This document shows positions 58,395 through 64,000 of a DNA stretch of 64,000 nucleotides, one piece after another. How positions within the stretch are numbered: position 1 is the first letter of the stretch; every line of letters starts with the position of its first letter. The notes beneath the pieces were generated by a model. That model saw only the letters and a program-made list of their open reading frames with translations, was not told the origin of the DNA and ran no database searches. A program made the position numbers and the translations under genes. Origin of the DNA: Deltaproteobacteria bacterium (GTDB lineage Bacteria > JAGRBM01 > JAHCIT01); NCBI GenBank assembly GCA_026129095.1, contig JAHCIT010000003.1, positions 310,001-374,000 of the forward strand, written 5' to 3'.

Positions 58395-58428
58395 GCCACC
58401 GAGTGACATATTCTGTCACGACCGTGGC
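58395..58428. promoter_or_regulatory. Candidate operator upstream of the R-M operon
   Basis: GCCAC..GTGACA-TATTC-TGTCAC..GTGGC dyad. Confidence 0.45.
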
Positions 58429-58562
58429 TTACCATGGCCTTTTGGGTATTTTCGTAGCCAAAAAGTCGTTGCGGAAACCAGTTGATACTCGCCCAAGTTC
58501 ACTAAAGAATTGGTGCCAAACCAGAGCGCAGCTATTTAATGCAAAGGGGGAGCGCAGGGTCC

Positions 58563-61500
58563 GTGAAACAGGCTGTTATTGAAAATCCTATCCTGAACTC
58601 CCCGTTCAAGGAGCCCGACCGGCATTTCCGTTTTACCGACGAAGGTATCACGAACGAGATCGTCGACGGCCGCCGGAACAGTACCTATTTTGTTCCGATC
58701 CCCCAGCCCAAGAGGGGCAAGAAACAGCTCTCGCTCGATACCCAGTGGACTGCCGACCGGATAGAGGAGAACAAGCTCGTCAACCGGATTCGCCCGCAGA
58801 TCTACAAATGGCGCCAGGGCGGATACATCGGCGTAACCCGGACCACGGCCCGGCTGCTCGAATACTGGAACGATCCCGAGCGCTCCAAGCGGCTCTTCTT
58901 CTGCCAGATCGAAGCGCTTGAAACCGCCATCTACATCACCGAAGTCGCCAGCAAGTACGATCCCTGGATCGAGAACGAGCTTCGGCACGCAAGCGAAGAG
59001 GCTAACCCGCTCCTCTTCCGGATCGCGTTCAAGATGGCGACTGGCAGCGGCAAAACGGTCGTCATGGCGATGCTCATTGCCTGGCAGGCGTTGAACAAGA
59101 TCACCAATTCCCAGGATGCACGGTTCTCCGACGCCTTCCTGCTTGTCGCGCCGGGTATCACGATCCGGGATCGGCTTCGGGTGCTGCTGCCCAGTGAACC
59201 GGACAACTACTACCGTGAACGGGATATCTGCCAGCCGGAAGACCGGGCTCAGCTCCAGAAAGCCAAAATCGTCATTACCAACTATCACACCTTTAAACGG
59301 CGCGAGATCGGCGATGTCTCGAAACTGGGCAAGGCAATCCTCAAGTCAGAAGCGTTTACTGAGACGCCTGCCCAGATGGTTCGCCGCGTTTGCAGGGAGC
59401 TGGGGAACAAGAAGAATCTCATCGTCATCAATGACGAGGCACACCACTGTTACCGGGAGAATGTCGCGGTCGCCGAAGAGGCCCTGTCTGGCGAAGACCG
59501 CAGGGATGCCGAAGAACGGGCCGAAGCGGCCCGTATCTGGATCAGCGGCCTGGAGGCGGTGAAACAGAAGTTGGGCGTTCGGGCTGTCTACGACCTGTCG
59601 GCGACCCCGTTTTTCCTGCGCGGATCCGGTTATCCGGAAGGCACGCTGTTCCCGTGGGTAGTGTCTGATTTTTCGCTCATCGACGCCATCGAGAGCGGGA
59701 TTGTGAAGATCCCTCGTGTGCCGGTCGCCGACGATTCCATGGTCGGCGAACAGCCCACCTATCGCGACCTCTGGCTCCACATCCGGGAAAACCAGCTGCT
59801 CCCGAAGAAAGGCCGTGCCGAAACCGAACGGAAAGGCGCGCCCGAGCTGCCCATGGGACTGGAGGGTGCGATCCGGAGCCTCTACGACCACTATAAGAAG
59901 TATTACGAGACGTGGGAGCAGGATAAACAGGCGCAGCTTGCGGGGCGCACGCCGCCTGTATTTATCGTCGTCTGTGCGAATACGGCCATTTCAAAACTGG
60001 TCTACGACTACATCTCTGGCTGGGACACCGGAAAAACGACTCCCGCTGGCTCGCCGATCTGGGCAGACGGCGCACTACCGCTATTCAGTAATACGAAAGA
60101 CGGCCAGCCGGGCGGTCATCAGAACACGATTCTCGTGGACAGCAGCCAGCTCGAATCGGGCGAACCGCTGAAGGACGATTTCAAGAAGCTAGCGGCCCGT
60201 GAGATCGAGGATTTCAAGCACGAGTACGCGAGACGGCATCACCAGAACGCCGAAGATGTGACCGACGGCGACATCCTCCGCGAGGTGATGAACACGGTCG
60301 GCAAGCCTGGCAAACTGGGCGAGAAAGTCCGGTGCGTGGTGTCGGTATCCATGCTCACGGAAGGCTGGGACACCAACACCGTCACCCATATCCTGGGCGT
60401 GCGGGCGTTCAGCACACAGCTTCTGTGCGAGCAGGTGGTGGGCCGCGGACTCCGCCGGATGAGCTATGCGGAGAACACCGAAGGCAAGTTCGAGCCTGAA
60501 TACGCCGAAGTCTACGGCGTCCCGTTCTCGTTCATCCCGACGGTGGCGAAACCGGCACTCTCCCTGATGCTGAAGCGCACGCGGGTTCACGCCATCGAGG
60601 ACCGGCGTGAGCAATGCGAGATCACGTTCCCCCGTCTTGAAGGCTACCGGTACGACCTGCCCGGAGAAAAACTCACGGCCCGATTCGACGAAAAGGCCCG
60701 AATGTCCGTCTCGACGCAGGATGTGCCGTCGTTCACGGAAGTACAGCCCATCGTCGGCGAGGGAAGCGTTCACACGCAGGAAGATCTGAAGTCCCGCCGC
60801 GAACAGGAGGTCGCCTTCCTGCTGGCCAAGCTGGTGCTTGAGAAATATTTCCGGCAGGACGGCGAGATCCAGAAGGACCGCCCGGCCGAGCACCGGTTCG
60901 ACTCGTCCGTCCAGGCGTGGCTCTTCCCGCAGGTGCTCCGGATCGCGCGGCAGTGGATGGAGCAGTGTCTCCAGCTCAAGGACGACACCTTTCCGCAACT
61001 GCTCCTGCTGATCCAGCTTGCGCACGAAGCCTCGGACAAGATCTACGGGGCAATCGTCCGGTCGGCTGACGGAGAAAAGCGGATCGTTCCGCGCCTGAAG
61101 CCTTTCGACACGGTGGGCAGCACGGCAATCGTCGATTTCGATACGTCCAAAGAGGTCTGGACGACCGATCCCGCCAAGTGCCACGTCTCGCATGTGTCGG
61201 CCGACAGCGGCTGGGAGCAGAAGATGGCCCAGTCACTGGAGACGATGGACGAGGTGGTCTCCTACGTGAAGAACCAGGGGCTCAACTTCACGATACCCTA
61301 CCTGATAAACGGTCAGGAGAAGAACTACGTTCCGGACTTCATCGTCCGTATCCGTGACGAGGCCGGCATAGAGCCGCTCAACCTGATTGTCGAGGTCACC
61401 GGCCAGAACAAGAAGGACAAGGAGCAGAAGGTCGCCACCGCCCGCGACCTCTGGATACCCGCGGTCAACAATCACGACGGGTTTGGGCGTTGGGGGTTCA

Positions 61501-61583
61501 TTGAAATCAGGGATCCTTGGAATGCGAAGACCGAAATCAGAGAATTCCTGCAACGGTACCAAGGCGCTGGAGTCGCCGCGTAA
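58563..61583 (+). CDS. res: Type III restriction-modification Res subunit (SF2 helicase plus C-terminal nuclease; BPTD_3080-like)
   Basis: IENPILNSPF, KMATGSGKT, NDEAHH, SATP, MLTEGWD, QVVGRGLRR, YVPDFIV..VEVTG. Confidence 0.9.
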   Translation: MKQAVIENPILNSPFKEPDRHFRFTDEGITNEIVDGRRNSTYFVPIPQPKRGKKQLSLDTQWTADRIEENKLVNRIRPQIYKWRQGGYIGVTRTTARLLEYWNDPERSKRLFFCQIEALETAIYITEVASKYDPWIENELRHASEEANPLLFRIAFKMATGSGKTVVMAMLIAWQALNKITNSQDARFSDAFLLVAPGITIRDRLRVLLPSEPDNYYRERDICQPEDRAQLQKAKIVITNYHTFKRREIGDVSKLGKAILKSEAFTETPAQMVRRVCRELGNKKNLIVINDEAHHCYRENVAVAEEALSGEDRRDAEERAEAARIWISGLEAVKQKLGVRAVYDLSATPFFLRGSGYPEGTLFPWVVSDFSLIDAIESGIVKIPRVPVADDSMVGEQPTYRDLWLHIRENQLLPKKGRAETERKGAPELPMGLEGAIRSLYDHYKKYYETWEQDKQAQLAGRTPPVFIVVCANTAISKLVYDYISGWDTGKTTPAGSPIWADGALPLFSNTKDGQPGGHQNTILVDSSQLESGEPLKDDFKKLAAREIEDFKHEYARRHHQNAEDVTDGDILREVMNTVGKPGKLGEKVRCVVSVSMLTEGWDTNTVTHILGVRAFSTQLLCEQVVGRGLRRMSYAENTEGKFEPEYAEVYGVPFSFIPTVAKPALSLMLKRTRVHAIEDRREQCEITFPRLEGYRYDLPGEKLTARFDEKARMSVSTQDVPSFTEVQPIVGEGSVHTQEDLKSRREQEVAFLLAKLVLEKYFRQDGEIQKDRPAEHRFDSSVQAWLFPQVLRIARQWMEQCLQLKDDTFPQLLLLIQLAHEASDKIYGAIVRSADGEKRIVPRLKPFDTVGSTAIVDFDTSKEVWTTDPAKCHVSHVSADSGWEQKMAQSLETMDEVVSYVKNQGLNFTIPYLINGQEKNYVPDFIVRIRDEAGIEPLNLIVEVTGQNKKDKEQKVATARDLWIPAVNNHDGFGRWGFIEIRDPWNAKTEIREFLQRYQGAGVAA

Positions 61584-61592
61584 GAGATTACG

Positions 61593-63395
61593 ATGAGCAC
61601 CAAAGAAACCACTATCCAAGTATCGCCGAGGATATTTGACCATCTCGGCCTCGCAGCATACGAGAGTCTCAAAAAATGCTTGGCTGAATTGGCAGCCAAT
61701 TCATATGACGCCGACGCCACCGAAGTGCGAATACACGTTCCAGTACAGTTGGAGGGAGGTTCGGTCATTAAGGTCACTGATAATGGCGAAGGAATGACCG
61801 CCGATCAGATCGAAAAGTCCTATCTTTTTATCGGGCGGGATCGGCGCACGTTGGGGCAACGAACATCAGGCACCAAATCAGGTAGGCCTAGATTAGTTAT
61901 TGGGAGTAAGGGGATCGGTAAGCTCGCGGGCTTTGGTGTGTCATCTCAACTCCGATTGATATCAGTTCGCACAGGCATGAAGTCCACAGTCACTCTCGAT
62001 CGGCATCATTTCGACGATCTTAAAACCCTTGCAGATCAGAAAGTCGTAATCGAGACAGCGCCTACGGATGCAGCGGATGGCACATCTGTCGAACTTCATA
62101 ATCCCAATTCTCAACTCTCCGTCCCCGATGAAGCTACTATTCGCCGACACCTATTTCGTGTTTTGCCGAATACCCCGGATTTTCGTGTCTACGTGAACGA
62201 AAAGGAATGTACAGCTGACGCTCTTGAAGGGACGCGAACACCATTTGACCAAGAAATTCCGAGCGTCGGGAGAGTACATGGTTTCTATGTAATCGCAGGG
62301 AACCGACTACCGAATTTTGGTATGGCCGTCCGGGTGCGGGGTCGTTTGGTTAAGGAGCCAAATCTTTTCGGCATTGACACGACGAAACATTGGTTCTTTT
62401 CCACGAACCGGATTTACGGTGAAATCAACGCTGATTTTCTTGATCCCGAGGATGGAGAAAATCGCGCACATGATGTCATCAATACTAGTCGAGATGGGTT
62501 CTTGGAGGATTCTCCGGTCGTCCAGAAGTTTGAGGAGTGGGTTCGGGAGTTTTTAATAAGAATATTCAGAGCGATCGAAGACGCCGAAGAAAAAAAGCGT
62601 GAATCAGTTGTTTTAAAAAATCCTGAATATGAAGCGAGACTGAACAAACTTCCGGCCCATGTTAAATCAACCGCAGAGCGTGTTGCTCGAACAGTATTTT
62701 CTAAACTCAAAAGCGTTGACCAAGACCAAGCCTCAGAGCTGATCGATTGGATATTGAAATATTACGAGTCGAACGTCTTGCGTGAGTTGATAAGTGCTAT
62801 CGTGAAGGCCGACACGAAAGATGTCGCAATATTGTCGGAGATGATAAGAGAGTGGGGCTTACAGCAGGTCAATGGGGTTGTTGAGCATGTCAAGGATCAG
62901 ATCAGCATCATAAAGCGGCTTGAAGATTTGATCTCCGACGACACGGCGGAAGAAATAGATTTGCATAAACTCGTTGAGAATAACCTTTGGCTAGTTCGGC
63001 AGGGTTTGGAGCTTTGGAGTTCTGACAAACCACTAAAAACTGTTTTGGATAAAAAAGTTGACGAAAATTATAAGGACTACGCAGATATTCGCCCGGATAT
63101 CGTATGTCGTTCAAGAGATGAAGGGCGACAAGCCGTTGTTCTTGAATTCAAACGCCCCAAGGAAAAGATCAGACCAGAACATATTACCCAAGCCATGACG
63201 TACGAAGGGATTATTGCGGCCCACAGACCTGGCATAATCTTTGAGACCTACGTGATTGGTCGGCAATACGATCCCGCTGTTCTTGCCGTGAAGGAAAAAC
63301 AAGCGAAGGCTGGGAACCATCTAGTTTCCTATGAACACCTGCTTCAGGGAGCTCGGAACCGCTTTGAAACAATCTTAGAATTACTCGGCCAGTAG
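61593..63395 (+). CDS. GHKL (MORC/HSP90-like) ATPase fused to a PD-(D/E)xK nuclease
   Basis: ELAANSYDADA, DNGEGM, GSKGIGK, GTSV; C-terminal RPDIV..LEFKRP..QAMTY. Confidence 0.85.
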   Translation: MSTKETTIQVSPRIFDHLGLAAYESLKKCLAELAANSYDADATEVRIHVPVQLEGGSVIKVTDNGEGMTADQIEKSYLFIGRDRRTLGQRTSGTKSGRPRLVIGSKGIGKLAGFGVSSQLRLISVRTGMKSTVTLDRHHFDDLKTLADQKVVIETAPTDAADGTSVELHNPNSQLSVPDEATIRRHLFRVLPNTPDFRVYVNEKECTADALEGTRTPFDQEIPSVGRVHGFYVIAGNRLPNFGMAVRVRGRLVKEPNLFGIDTTKHWFFSTNRIYGEINADFLDPEDGENRAHDVINTSRDGFLEDSPVVQKFEEWVREFLIRIFRAIEDAEEKKRESVVLKNPEYEARLNKLPAHVKSTAERVARTVFSKLKSVDQDQASELIDWILKYYESNVLRELISAIVKADTKDVAILSEMIREWGLQQVNGVVEHVKDQISIIKRLEDLISDDTAEEIDLHKLVENNLWLVRQGLELWSSDKPLKTVLDKKVDENYKDYADIRPDIVCRSRDEGRQAVVLEFKRPKEKIRPEHITQAMTYEGIIAAHRPGIIFETYVIGRQYDPAVLAVKEKQAKAGNHLVSYEHLLQGARNRFETILELLGQ

Positions 63396-63431
63396 TTTCC
63401 TACGCGCTCAAATTTAAGGATCACACAGTTA

Positions 63432-64000
63432 ATGCCTCCCAAGAAGACCCCAATATCCTCATCCTCTCCGTCTCTACCGATCGAGTCCGTACGTCACAAG
63501 GACAAGCGGGCGAACATCCCGACGGAGGAGCTGAAGGATTTCATCAAGGACGACGAGAAGGCTCCGAAGTCCATGCTCTACCCGCGCGATCCGTCGCTGG
63601 ATCCGCAGTTGGTCTGGAAGGGGAAGGACGAGCAGGACGCCAAGGACCTCGAAGTGCCGGTGGTGCCGGTTTACATACAGGAGAAGATCCATCCGCAGGC
63701 GCTGATCGAGGATTTCCGCAGTTCCGCCAGAACGGGCGGGCCGGCGCAGGCGTCTCTGTTCAGCGACTTCAACGGGATCGCCTTTGAAGACCTGATCGAG
63801 TTCTACCAGCACGAGCAGAACTGGACGAACCGCATGATCCTGGGCGATTCACTACTCGTGATGACATCGCTGGCCGAAAAGGAAGGGCTCAAGGGCAAGG
63901 TCCAGACGATCTTCATGGACCCGCCGTACGGCATCAAGTTCGGTTCAAACTGGCAAGTTTCAACGCGCAAGCGGGATCTAAATGATGGCAAAAGTGAGGA
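63432..64000 (+). CDS. mod: Type III R-M Mod adenine methyltransferase, N-terminal part (runs off window)
   Basis: Manual translation from ATG 63432: MPPKK..RANIPT..DPQLVWKGKD..NRMILGDSLLVM..IFMDPPYGIKFGSNW; absent from the ORF track because it has no stop in the window. Confidence 0.9.
   Translation, partial: MPPKKTPISSSSPSLPIESVRHKDKRANIPTEELKDFIKDDEKAPKSMLYPRDPSLDPQLVWKGKDEQDAKDLEVPVVPVYIQEKIHPQALIEDFRSSARTGGPAQASLFSDFNGIAFEDLIEFYQHEQNWTNRMILGDSLLVMTSLAEKEGLKGKVQTIFMDPPYGIKFGSNWQVSTRKRDLNDGKSE

Noticed and set aside
58001-58582. Short ORFs in the island leader
   Set aside because: No RBS or motifs recognised and mutually overlapping; treated as non-coding.

Overview
High-GC bacterial chromosome segment. 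Gene order (pilD-HK-RR, ilvC-pssA, PilM-like GspL) suggests a deltaproteobacterial or Myxococcota-like host; this is inference. About 1-35 kb is mostly core and envelope genes: pilD with a two-component pair, pssA, ilvC, nusB, ribH, gspLMN, an FHA-GAF adenylate cyclase, exbBD-tonB, a ClC channel, scpAB, tRNA-Asn, mgtE, comM, Rrf2, HDAC and tatBC. An AT-richer HEPN-like orphan interrupts this block. About 35-57.5 kb is accessory: paralogous acidic lipoproteins, two TetRs, a DUF6338-like cassette, a Coq4-like gene and a lipid-modification operon. It also holds a membrane adenylate cyclase and two tandem histidine kinases that share one 'W..PYAP' membrane sensor domain; one kinase lacks its phospho-acceptor His. 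From about 57.5 kb a defence island begins: a probable serine-recombinase tail remnant, a long hairpin, then type III R-M res, an AT-richer GHKL(MORC-like) ATPase-PD-(D/E)xK nuclease and mod (cut by the window edge). Family assignments come from motif recognition by eye, not database searches. GC statements are visual impressions.
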